From positions 1 to 64,000 of the IMG/VR virus record IMGVR_UViG_3300014819_000002: a DNA stretch of 64,000 nt, one strand, 5' to 3'. The DNA is from a virus. Shown in pieces: positions 38,465 through 48,300 of the stretch (positions are counted from its first letter, which is position 1; the number at the start of each line of letters is the position of its first letter). Both the position numbers and the translations under genes were made by a program. A model generated the notes under the pieces. That model was not told where the DNA came from. It made no database searches and saw nothing but the letters and a program-made list of their open reading frames with translations.

Positions 38465-38827
38465 TGGAGATGTGCGGTACTGCCCCGCAGTCTCAAGAGT
38501 ATTCAATTAATTTGTTGTCACATAGTATAGCTCTTTAATAAATTACCCATCATAAGCTTAACCAAAGAGCAGGTTGTATATGATATGGTTCCAATGTTTA
38601 AACTTTGGCAGTAGGAACTATCCTTACAAAGTCGAGTTTGTTTTATGACAATCTTAATCAATCCTCAAACGGCGTATCAACTAGATTGCTTACTGTCAAG
38701 CAGCAAGAGCGTAAGAGCTATAGGAACTATCGTTTGCACTTACTTTTGTTTACGGTTTTAAACGGTCATAAACGCCCGTTACTATGCAAATTAATTTTCA
38801 AATCCTGATCGAATCTATTTCATCCCC
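38465..38827 (-). ncRNA. ssrA: tmRNA, one-piece, 363 nt; tag ANDSSYSSYALAA (38696..38737)
   Basis: 5' GGGGAUG pairs with 3' CAUCUCC-A with G3-U70; GAUUCGA after 5' end; resume context AAGU-GCA-AAC-GAU; tag ends ALAA-stop; T-arm UGCGG-GGCAGUA-CCGCA. Confidence 0.93.
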
Positions 38828-39194
38828 CTTTTTTTTCCATATATGGAAAAATACTATATGTGGTTCCATGTTTTCTAAAAATCCATGTTCCTAAAACGGT
38901 ACCATATATTATAGATTTAGATTTTAAAACAGCAGCAAGACCACTTTGATTCATCCAATAACGAGCACCAGTTTCTGTATTTTCCCAAAGTATCTTGCCG
39001 CCATAATACATTTTAATAAATTTTAAATTGGCATCAAAACGTTCATTAACACGCCATTCATATTTTTGACCCCAATTCAACTTCCTCATTTCATACAATG
39101 TTATTTGATGCGGCACACTTCCGATCGGAAGATTAGGAATCCGTTCAGCTTCTTTCACATATGGTATTTTATATTCTACTTTCTTACGAGCCAT
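38820..39194 (-). CDS. Hypothetical protein
   Basis: 124-aa ORF whose stop codon lies inside the tmRNA 5' end. Confidence 0.55.
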   Translation of the reverse strand: MARKKVEYKIPYVKEAERIPNLPIGSVPHQITLYEMRKLNWGQKYEWRVNERFDANLKFIKMYYGGKILWENTETGARYWMNQSGLAAVLKSKSIIYGTVLGTWIFRKHGTTYSIFPYMEKKGG

Positions 39195-39211
39195 ATTAAT
39201 AACTCTTATAA

Positions 39212-39664
39212 CTATGACAGAAGTCTAAAAGCTTTTATCCTTCTATAAAATGTTTTTATTTTCCGAATTAAACGTTTCCACCACCATCCCGGTTTACGTT
39301 TATAACCGTCTTTTTTTTCATGACATGGTACACAAAGAGGTTGAACGTTTTTAGCATCATTAATCCCACCTTGATTCAAAGGAATAATATGATCTAAAGT
39401 AAGTCTATGTCGTCCTCGTATTCCACAATGAGCACATGACCAATTATGAGTATATAAAACGTTAATCCACGAGCGAACAGAAATTCGACTCGTGGAATAT
39501 TTGCGACTTCTTTTACTTTTATTATTTGATCTTAATCGATTTCGCTCTGCTTGCCAACATGAACGACATATCATAGCATAATTTGATGGCGCTTTAAGAG
39601 TTCGCCGCAAATCGCTAAAACATAGCTTACATGTGTATTTTTCGTTTCTAAAATGATGTAACAT
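39212..39664 (-). CDS. HNH endonuclease
   Basis: CAHCG...LTLDHIIPLNQGG.N...NVQPLCVPCHEKK. Confidence 0.85.
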   Translation of the reverse strand: MLHHFRNEKYTCKLCFSDLRRTLKAPSNYAMICRSCWQAERNRLRSNNKSKRSRKYSTSRISVRSWINVLYTHNWSCAHCGIRGRHRLTLDHIIPLNQGGINDAKNVQPLCVPCHEKKDGYKRKPGWWWKRLIRKIKTFYRRIKAFRLLS

Positions 39665-40104
39665 TAAAACACAAGATCCGTCGTTTCTCCGTCAGGCTTA
39701 ATCAACATCTTACCAAACTGATGTTCATTAATTGTATAATATGCTTTGCGAATTCCATAGCTATACAAAACGTTTTCACAAATAGGACATGGGCGGGCCA
39801 TGCCAGGATTACCATCCAATTTTTTTCTACGAGCAACAAAAATCTTACAACCTTTAAGGTTAACTTTACCACGAGCTTTAAGAATAGCATCTTGTTCTGC
39901 ATGAGTTGACAAACAAAAATCTCGACCACGACCACGAGTAATATCTGTATAATGTTCAACAAATGCGTTGGTATTATGTTTATTATAACCTACTGAAATG
40001 ATTGAACCACCTCGAACAATAATAGCGCAAAGATGATAATCGATTTGACTATCATAATCTTTTTCTTTTGCATATTGCATTGCAAGACGTAGATAACGAT
40101 GCAT
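39664..40104 (-). CDS. Zinc-dependent nucleotide/nucleic-acid deaminase
   Basis: STHAEQDAI and RPCPIC motifs; promoter TTTATA-17-TATCAT at 40111..40139, 6 nt before ATG. Confidence 0.85.
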   Translation of the reverse strand: MHRYLRLAMQYAKEKDYDSQIDYHLCAIIVRGGSIISVGYNKHNTNAFVEHYTDITRGRGRDFCLSTHAEQDAILKARGKVNLKGCKIFVARRKKLDGNPGMARPCPICENVLYSYGIRKAYYTINEHQFGKMLIKPDGETTDLVF

Positions 40105-40168
40105 ATTAATATGATATTACAACATGTTGAATATATAAACTAATATTTTTATAAGAGAGAAACTTTCT

Positions 40169-43100
40169 CTATTCAAGCAACCATTTCCAACGCTTCCAAT
40201 ATGCATTTCTGAAATCTTGACCTACACCACCATGCTTGGCTGCGTCTTGACGATTTTGTATATCTTGAATTTGAGCATATTCTTTAATACCATCACTAGT
40301 AATGATTGGTGGCATATATTTGTTTTGCTCACCAAATTGATTCCCCATGTTATTCATAGTTGAAGTTGTTTTACTCATACCAGCTATCATTGCCATTGTC
40401 ACAGCTTTGTCATCCCAGGCATTAACACCAGCAGCTTCATATAGAGAATTACCAATAGCTAAAGCTATAATCAAATCGTCGTTATAGCTTTTCATAGCTT
40501 GGGCTTTATTATTCTTCCATATAAAGGTCTTAAACTCTTCTACGGTTCTGGATGAATATATTTTCATTCTACGTGTTCGGATAACAGTTTCAAGTTTAGC
40601 TAAGATTTCATCACGGTTTTTTGGACCGGTAGTAAACCCAGGCAAATCATTTGCAATGTCTGCCGTTGTATATGACATATAAGCATTACTACGATGAATA
40701 CGCTCATAATAAATGTTTGGATATTGCGCTTTCTTAATATCGGTTGCTACGATAAGACCGAATGAGTTAAGTTCTGGGCATAAGAGGGCTTGATTGTATT
40801 TAAAGCCTAAGTCCATCATTAACTCGGCTAGCCTTTCCGGTGGGCATTTACCTTGATATTCACATACAACTTCATCGGCATTAGTATCTATAACATGAAG
40901 GGTTGAATAGTCGTCGGCATCACCACGACTTACATCTCCGCTGATTATATATTTGTGATTTGGTTCTGCATATTTCCAAATCCATACATCGCCTCTATCT
41001 CCATAGGTGGCTATAGGTTGTTTTATTTGCCTCTCCATATCTTCTATAACGTCAGCAGATAGGAAGTTCTCACCGGAGGCGGCGAATTTGCATAATAGCT
41101 CCTGAGCTATTCCACGTTCACCTTTGGCTGGTAAAATCTCTGCTCTCTGAGCTTCATACCAAGCTTGATCTCTCTCCGGATGAACCGTCCATGGGAGTTC
41201 TATGCGATAGAAATTATTATTGCCCTTGCCAGGATTTGAATTGCCTTCTCCATCCTCGCCTTCTTTAGCGCCGACCCAAATCTTATGAAACAAAGTTCCA
41301 ACTCCACTCGGAGAACTTATTAAAATAGCATTTCCACCAGTGTTTGAACCTAAAATACCGTTCTGTAGAAAGGTGTGACTGCGTGGGACTGTGAAATCAT
41401 AAGTTTTTGCCTTTCCAGATTCGGTTTCTACTACCGCATCCCAAAAAAAATTACCAATTATATTGTCAAAAAATTCTGTAACGCCGGTATCAAGCAACAA
41501 TGATGGATTTGCTAAATAAACAAGATATTTGAATTTACACAACCAACTGTTACTAACAGAACGATTATGATCGTTGCCTTGCAACAAGGTTGTTTTTAAA
41601 CCATTTTGATGAAACCACCATTTTGATTTCCCAGTCTTTTGAATGATTTCGTTTAAAGGTTTACGTATAGGTAATATTGGACAACGATTTAAATCACTAT
41701 CTTTTCTATTTTCTACCGAAAGCATTTGCTTTTGTTTTCTTTGAATTCTAAATCCAATTTCTTTAGCAAATTTCATAGATTCACTCTTTGGAATCTCTAA
41801 AACCCAAGTGGTTCTTGCAGATTTAGTATTTGTTAAATTACTACGTGCTGTTTTCTTATTAACATTAGGATGAAATCCCATGTTCAAAAGTAAGAGCTGC
41901 ACATCTTTAATCATTTGCTCAGATGTTAATTCAATTTTTGCAATACCCTTGTAGGCAGTACCATCTCCGTCAAATAATCCAGATAAGTAATTTTGCTGAG
42001 TTTGCTTATTAGCTGTCCATATAATCTTAGGAACGGTTTTATTGTAAGATAATTCGTTAATATTAAGCCCAAGATTTTGTAATTTTTTTACAACAGCAAC
42101 AGAATATAATGTTAAATGGTGTTTTCCGTATGCATGAAAATTTTTTCCAAATATAGTATGTTTTGCCCTATTCAAATAAACATCTCTAAATTCAGAATCT
42201 GAATTGGTAATTTGTATACCGCAATATTCTACTCTGCCAAAACGATTTCTTTTTCGTTTTTTTATACAGCCTTCAGCAGAATATCCTCCCAACATATAAG
42301 CCAAATCAGGATTTAATTTCTTATCACCATAGCAGTTCATACCAACTTGTATTCTAAGATAATCTCCTGGCTTTATATTCTGTATTTGTTTCATAGAGCC
42401 GCCAGCAGCATCAAGAACCCACAAAGGATGCTTGAGCGTTCCTTCAACATTATATCCATGCTTGGTTGTTAATTTGATTGTATCGCTTTCTGGAGATACA
42501 TAACCATGAGACAGCGGTTCAAGACCATTTTTTCCATAAACTTGCCATCCATCAATTTCAAAATATTCTCCAATAGAACGACCTTTATGAAAATCTTCAA
42601 TTGCAAATATTCCCTTGTCGGTAAAAACTTTTGTGTTGCCGACAAGACAAGATAAGGTAGGCCACAAACCAAGCCACAATTCATCAATACCATCAACGTG
42701 GGCAGCTTCGTCAATGATTAATAAAGATAGAGCTTCAGAACGACCAGCATCGGTGCCAGTAGGAACGGCTTGAACCTTTGAACCATTAGAGAACTCAAGG
42801 TATCTAACAGAACGTGCTTTAATCTGAGGCATGACAAGCCACTTTGGCAAGTTGTCATACATTCCGTTAACCTTCTTAATGAAGTTCTTTGCAACTTCAA
42901 GACGGGTAGCGATAACAAGAATATTTTTTTCACGCTGGAATAAAGCCATCCAAAGAGAATAGGCGGCAGATAGGGTAGATAAACCTAACTGACGACTTTT
43001 GTTTGTAATGACGAAACGATGTTTTTGGAAGGCAGTTAAACACTTATCCTGATATGGGAAGGTTTCAAATGGAATTGGACCCTTAACTGGATGGGAGATT

Positions 43101-43213
43101 TTAACGTATTTAGAAATGAAATAGGATGCATCTGTTCCGCAGCGCATGATTTCTTTCATTTGTGCGGCACGATTTGGAACTGTTCCTAATGTTAGATTTT
43201 TTTTAGCAGGCAT
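40169..43213 (-). CDS. Terminase large subunit, T4 gp17-like, with intein
   Basis: KSRQLGLST, GRSEALSLLIIDEAAH, ISSPSG, ISGDVSRG..DDYST, YNDDLIIAL. Confidence 0.95.
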   Translation of the reverse strand: MPAKKNLTLGTVPNRAAQMKEIMRCGTDASYFISKYVKISHPVKGPIPFETFPYQDKCLTAFQKHRFVITNKSRQLGLSTLSAAYSLWMALFQREKNILVIATRLEVAKNFIKKVNGMYDNLPKWLVMPQIKARSVRYLEFSNGSKVQAVPTGTDAGRSEALSLLIIDEAAHVDGIDELWLGLWPTLSCLVGNTKVFTDKGIFAIEDFHKGRSIGEYFEIDGWQVYGKNGLEPLSHGYVSPESDTIKLTTKHGYNVEGTLKHPLWVLDAAGGSMKQIQNIKPGDYLRIQVGMNCYGDKKLNPDLAYMLGGYSAEGCIKKRKRNRFGRVEYCGIQITNSDSEFRDVYLNRAKHTIFGKNFHAYGKHHLTLYSVAVVKKLQNLGLNINELSYNKTVPKIIWTANKQTQQNYLSGLFDGDGTAYKGIAKIELTSEQMIKDVQLLLLNMGFHPNVNKKTARSNLTNTKSARTTWVLEIPKSESMKFAKEIGFRIQRKQKQMLSVENRKDSDLNRCPILPIRKPLNEIIQKTGKSKWWFHQNGLKTTLLQGNDHNRSVSNSWLCKFKYLVYLANPSLLLDTGVTEFFDNIIGNFFWDAVVETESGKAKTYDFTVPRSHTFLQNGILGSNTGGNAILISSPSGVGTLFHKIWVGAKEGEDGEGNSNPGKGNNNFYRIELPWTVHPERDQAWYEAQRAEILPAKGERGIAQELLCKFAASGENFLSADVIEDMERQIKQPIATYGDRGDVWIWKYAEPNHKYIISGDVSRGDADDYSTLHVIDTNADEVVCEYQGKCPPERLAELMMDLGFKYNQALLCPELNSFGLIVATDIKKAQYPNIYYERIHRSNAYMSYTTADIANDLPGFTTGPKNRDEILAKLETVIRTRRMKIYSSRTVEEFKTFIWKNNKAQAMKSYNDDLIIALAIGNSLYEAAGVNAWDDKAVTMAMIAGMSKTTSTMNNMGNQFGEQNKYMPPIITSDGIKEYAQIQDIQNRQDAAKHGGVGQDFRNAYWKRWKWLLE
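41342..42649 (-). mobile_element. Terminase intein (436 aa), LAGLIDADG type
   Basis: PTLS|CLVGNTKV...TYDFTVPRSHTFLQNGILGSN|TGG; internal YMLGGYSAEG and YLSGLFDGDG. Confidence 0.9.
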
Positions 43214-43623
43214 CAGTCAATTTCTACAAGGCAACCAAAGCGGTAATATGCCTTACGATTACCAGTATAGTTGTAATATGAAATATATTCTATATCTTCG
43301 TTACAAGTTTCTTCTTGAAGAGTAAAATTTGGAACCGGTTGACCTGGATATTTGTCTTTATATTCTTCTTTAACTTGTTTTAGGGCGGCTTCAATAAAGC
43401 TTGTTGCTTCATCTCTATAACGGCGCATAAGTTCACGCATCATTGTATCGGAACCAAAGTTCACTATGCAAAGATAACGTATTTTAAGAGCACCTTCATC
43501 CAATAAGTCAAACTTAACTGATTGAGTTTGATAAACACGATTATAATTGCCAGTATCAGAACCAAAGCTTGTATTTAGGAGCTTTGAGAGATTAATAAAT
43601 TTTTGATAGTCTTTAACAAGCAT
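43213..43623 (-). CDS. Hypothetical protein upstream of terminase
   Basis: GAGG SD before ATG 43623; stop overlaps terminase start. Confidence 0.55.
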   Translation of the reverse strand: MLVKDYQKFINLSKLLNTSFGSDTGNYNRVYQTQSVKFDLLDEGALKIRYLCIVNFGSDTMMRELMRRYRDEATSFIEAALKQVKEEYKDKYPGQPVPNFTLQEETCNEDIEYISYYNYTGNRKAYYRFGCLVEID

Positions 43624-43654
43624 ATTTTTGCCTCTTTTTCTAATTATAGACCTT

Positions 43655-43948
43655 TCAGCGGAAAGTGATTGGTGAACGAGCACTTATTCTTCTTATTTCT
43701 ATATATTCGGCCCATTCATCCCAATCCTGGCTGGGAAGCTTATCTGTGCTCCAATCTATACGCCGATCATTTGTCCATCTACCATCACAATGAGAACAAA
43801 CTCCTACCTTACGATAGGAAATGCTATCTTCTATTGTCTTCATGGGATAACAACAAAGCTTACAGAACAATGGAACTATATTGCTTTGATCTATTGGTTT
43901 AACGACTACAACTTTACCGTTATGTAAACTCTCTATCTTCTTTTCCAT
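43655..43948 (-). CDS. Small zinc-finger protein
   Basis: CKLC...CSHC. Confidence 0.55.
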   Translation of the reverse strand: MEKKIESLHNGKVVVVKPIDQSNIVPLFCKLCCYPMKTIEDSISYRKVGVCSHCDGRWTNDRRIDWSTDKLPSQDWDEWAEYIEIRRISARSPITFR

Positions 43949-43969
43949 ATAGAAGATATTATGTACAAC

Positions 43970-44311
43970 TTATCCTTTTTTGTTTCCCCGCATTACAACC
44001 ATAGGATTTTCTTTAATTAACCAAAACTCTTTAGGTAGTGGCGGTTCTTCTCCATCTTTAAACCACATAAGCTTTCTACCAGCAGTAGTTTTATATACAC
44101 CGATAATCGTTATCTTTCCTTCATGGATAAGCGAATGATCTGTGGCGCAAACTATAGCCAGGTTATTATTATTATTGGTACAACGAGGATCGCATTGAGG
44201 AATAATATGATGAATGTGGAGAGCTTCTTGTCCTCCACATATCTCGCATTTATCTTTTATTAATTTATCTTGACCAGATTTTCTTCTTTGTTTCATAAAC
44301 GGAAGACCCAA
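43970..44311 (-). CDS. HNH endonuclease
   Basis: CEICG...LHIHHIIP...NNNLAIVCATDHSLIH; start may be ATG 44296. Confidence 0.8.
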   Translation of the reverse strand: MGLPFMKQRRKSGQDKLIKDKCEICGGQEALHIHHIIPQCDPRCTNNNNNLAIVCATDHSLIHEGKITIIGVYKTTAGRKLMWFKDGEEPPLPKEFWLIKENPMVVMRGNKKG

Positions 44312-44335
44312 GAGACATTATATCTCTTGGGTCTT
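44303..44335. promoter_or_regulatory. Perfect 13-bp inverted repeat at HNH translation start
   Basis: AAGACCCAAGAGA-7 nt-TCTCTTGGGTCTT; minus-strand loop reads TATAATG. Confidence 0.55.
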
Positions 44336-44359
44336 GAATTCTAACCAATTATTTTGGAT

Positions 44360-44647
44360 TCAAAGTGTTTTAGTTTGTAACTTGTTTGCAATTCGTTCAC
44401 AAATAACAATAACATTCTGTATTGTAGGATCTGAATATGCGAGAGCCATTACAGAACCCAATTCGTGACGAGTTTCAAGATCAACATGACGACTCATATC
44501 ATTTAAAATACGTGTGGCTCGAGTCCAATTTTCATCGCTAAATCCCAAACATAATGTTTCTTGATAAAGACCTAAAAGTTCTAGGGCCTTATCTGTTGGA
44601 TTAACACGCCAATTATTACGATTTTTTCTATTATTGTTCTTATTCAT
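44360..44647 (-). CDS. Hypothetical protein
   Basis: 95-aa ORF. Confidence 0.5.
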   Translation of the reverse strand: MNKNNNRKNRNNWRVNPTDKALELLGLYQETLCLGFSDENWTRATRILNDMSRHVDLETRHELGSVMALAYSDPTIQNVIVICERIANKLQTKTL

Positions 44648-44682
44648 TTTAACTTATTTTATTAGGGTTATAGGTTATAGGT

Positions 44683-45306
44683 TTAGAATTCAACTCCGTC
44701 AATATTAATTGATTCATAAGAAATTTCTATGGCACCTTCACTTGGTGCCGGTTTTTCATATGCGGCATTACCAAGATCCAATCCTTGTATTCTGGCTTTA
44801 TTAAATACCCATTCAGATACTACCTTTTCTTTTTCATCAATCCAGTCAATAGCACATTTAATGTTATTTTTTTTAGCAGCTTGAAATAAACTTTTCCAAG
44901 GATATCCTTCTGTTTCATGAGGAATGGTATAGAAATATACCATAATAGTGCTTTTTTCTTTAATCGATTGTATATTTTTATGTTGTGAAAAAATAATTTT
45001 AGGTAGCTCTACATTCTTAACTCGAAAAGACTCAATACCCTCAACCTTAAGAAGAAAACGATCAGAAAAAGCATCACTCTCTTTTACAGAAGGAGAATCT
45101 GTATCAGATTCTGGTTCTTGTTTTTTTATTACTTTTGATTTTAGCTTTTCTAATTCAGAAGGATCTGAAGTTTCGTCTTCTGACTCTTCAATTTCTTCTT
45201 TGTTCTCATCTTCAGATGATGTCGGCGGCGGTGCTTCGCTTACTGTCCTTCTACGAGTTTTGTTTGGAGTTCGAACTTGAACTTTACTTGTATTTTTATT
45301 AATCAT
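44683..45306 (-). CDS. Tail-tube (T4 gp19-like) fold protein with acidic N-terminal extension
   Basis: RFLLKVEGI.SFRVK.VELPKI and VVSEWVFNKARI...DLG...Y......IEISYE resemble tube-protein pattern. Confidence 0.55.
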   Translation of the reverse strand: MINKNTSKVQVRTPNKTRRRTVSEAPPPTSSEDENKEEIEESEDETSDPSELEKLKSKVIKKQEPESDTDSPSVKESDAFSDRFLLKVEGIESFRVKNVELPKIIFSQHKNIQSIKEKSTIMVYFYTIPHETEGYPWKSLFQAAKKNNIKCAIDWIDEKEKVVSEWVFNKARIQGLDLGNAAYEKPAPSEGAIEISYESINIDGVEF

Positions 45307-48300
45307 GTATTACCATTACTTTTGATTCTAGTCCATCGTTGTATATATCTATAATCTTATCTGCAACTTCTTTTATTGGATCTACGTGCGTTATAACTAA
45401 AATTGTTCTAAAATATGATTTAAATAATGTTAACAGTTCCATTGCTTTTATTAAACTATCTTGGTCTAACGTGCCCCATCCTTCATCGATTATAAAAATA
45501 TCTGGTCTTGATAAGCTTGAAAGATTAATAAGCGCAACTCTTAAAGCAAGAGAACATATCATTTTTTCCATTCCAGAAGCTAACTCAATAATCCGTCTTG
45601 AGTGCCCATCTTCTATGTATACATCCATTACATTAGAAGATATATCTGTTTCCAAACTTACTTTAAAGTCTACAATATTATCTAATATTTTAGTTAATTC
45701 CATATTTATGGCTGGTAATTGAGTTTTTAATACCATTGCCGGAATTCCATTTTTAGAGAAAGCTTGCTGCACAGTTTCGTATATTTTAAGTTTTTCTAAA
45801 TCTGCTTTACATTCAATGCGATCTTTTGTTAATTGTTTTAATTTTTCATTTTTGCCTCCGAGGGAAATAAGCAAATCTCTTTCTTCCCTTTCTCGTGCTT
45901 CAATATGATCAATTATTACATCTAACATTAAACGATTTTTTTCATATTCCTTACGCTCATTAGAAGCTAACAAATCTGATAACTTCTTACGTTCTATTTC
46001 AAGGTTTTCCAGAGTAGACTTAATAAGAGCAATCTCTTTCTCACGAACGTTCTTATCTGAGACTGTTTTATTAAGCTTTGTCTCTAATTCAAACTCTAAT
46101 CTGGAAGCTTGCTCATCCATCTTTAACGTTTCGGCAATCTTTTCTTGAATAAGAAGCTCGGCTATGCTATCAAGCTCTGCAATTTTCTCTCCAAGCTCTA
46201 TAACCTTCTCTTCTTGAGACTTTACAAGCTTCTTATCTGCATGACTATCCTTAATGAAACGGCAGGTTGGAAAGCTATCACCGCAAGGAACAGTTTCAAG
46301 CCGCTTAATAGACTTTTTCTGCTGTTCTAATGTTTCTGTTTCTTTTACAAAGGATTGTCTAAGAATAGATATGTCAGACTTAACACGGTCAAGCTTTTCA
46401 AGCTTATCATGCAAAATCTTGATATCATATTTTGAACGAGCATACTTAACACGATCTAACTCTGATCGAATATTCTTTACCGTATCCTCATGTTCACCAT
46501 CCAGATGAAGCATATAGGCAAGTGTCTTTTCCTTTGATTCAATATCATTCTTCAGTTCATTAAACCGGGTGAGCGATACTGTCTGCATTACATTCTGATG
46601 TTGCATCATCCATAGGCGGAGTTCATCCCGCTCCTGAATGTTTATTTGTTGCTGCGTCTTAATATCGGAAATTTTCTTTTCAATCTCCTCTATCTCTTGA
46701 TGGCCACGTTTAAGAGCAGATGCCCAATCAAAACCAATATATTTTTTGGTCTTTTCTGTCAATGTAGAATAATCGTCCTTTGCATAAACATTGAGTTTAT
46801 CAAATAACTCAAGGTCAAGGAAGCGTGAGAGAATAGCCTTTCTTTGCGTTGCACCTTCCTCAATAAATTTATTGATACCACCTTGATTTGATAGGGCAGT
46901 TAACAAGAAATCCTGTGGTTGTCCTACAAGCTTACGTATTTCTCTATCTGTTTCATCTCGTGATATGGAATTTTTTTCTATAAGAGTTCCATCTTGCTCA
47001 ATCTTATAGAGATTAAGACTAGTAACCGTCTTGTCATCATCTTTCTTTGTAGACTTTTTTGAAATGTTGCGGATTGTCTCTCTTTTTACAAGATAAAAAT
47101 CGCCACCAACAGAAAATGTTAATTCAGCATAACAACTCTTCTTATTTTTATTAATGATATGAGAACCCTTTAATGGGCCTCTATCTGTTGTATTAAACAG
47201 AGCATACATAATAGCCGCAATAATTGAGCTTTTCCCAATTTTATTAGGGCCGAAGATACCAATAACACCTTCTAAACCATCAAAGTTAACTTCATTACCT
47301 TCGCCATATCGAAAGATATTATCAAACTTAAGTTTTTTAAGACTCCATGAGGTGTTACGAACGGCGTTATCTATATCCTCAGTATTCAATTTTGTGAGAT
47401 AGCTACGAATGACGTTAGAAGCCTCTCCAAGCTGTTCTTCATTTAGAACGTAGCTTTCCTTATGTGCCTTCATAAACTCCCTATATAGCTTAAGGAGAGT
47501 CTCCGGATCATTGCGTAAATTGGTTTTAAGAACCTGTTGTCCGTTAGTCTCGATTGTTTCCATACGATTTATAAGATCGTATTTGAATACAACTTCCTCT
47601 GCACCTTTATGTTCTTTTAACTCATTCAAAAGTTGACGAGCTTCAACTTGCTGAATTGGTTGATTACTAATAACTCGATATCTTGCGCCTGGAATATAAG
47701 CACGGGCGCCTCGAGTTTTTTCTATTTGACGTAAGGTATTATTGACGGTATTTGCCCAATTCACAGAAATAAATGGTGCTTTATTCTCATGCTCATGAAA
47801 TTGAACATCCCATTCATTTTCATTTTTAATATCCCAAATGAGAAATCCTTTTGTTTCGGATTCACCAAAATTTTGTTGAATAAGAGAACCTGGATACCCT
47901 ATCCATGGCTTTTCTTTACCATTCTTATCCAAACGATATGCAAGAAACTGTTGCTTATGAATATCTCCAAGCATTACAAATTGCATACCAGTAAAAAATG
48001 AAACGTCTCTTTCGCCATCAACTAGACGGTATTCCATATCTGTCTTAGAACCAGATATACAACCATGAAATAGAGCAATATTAATCTTATCTTGAAGCGG
48101 CTTAATATTCTTCCAACCGTCTACATCAAATGGTGAATATACATGAAGGGCAAAACGATTACCACCCTTTACTTCTCTTGGAAGAGAGTATGTACCAGAT
48201 TTCTTATAAAGATAAGAATCTTGATGATTAATAGCTTCATGTATAGGAGATATGATATCTTGACGGTCACTATTAGTTAGATTACCATCATGATTACCAA

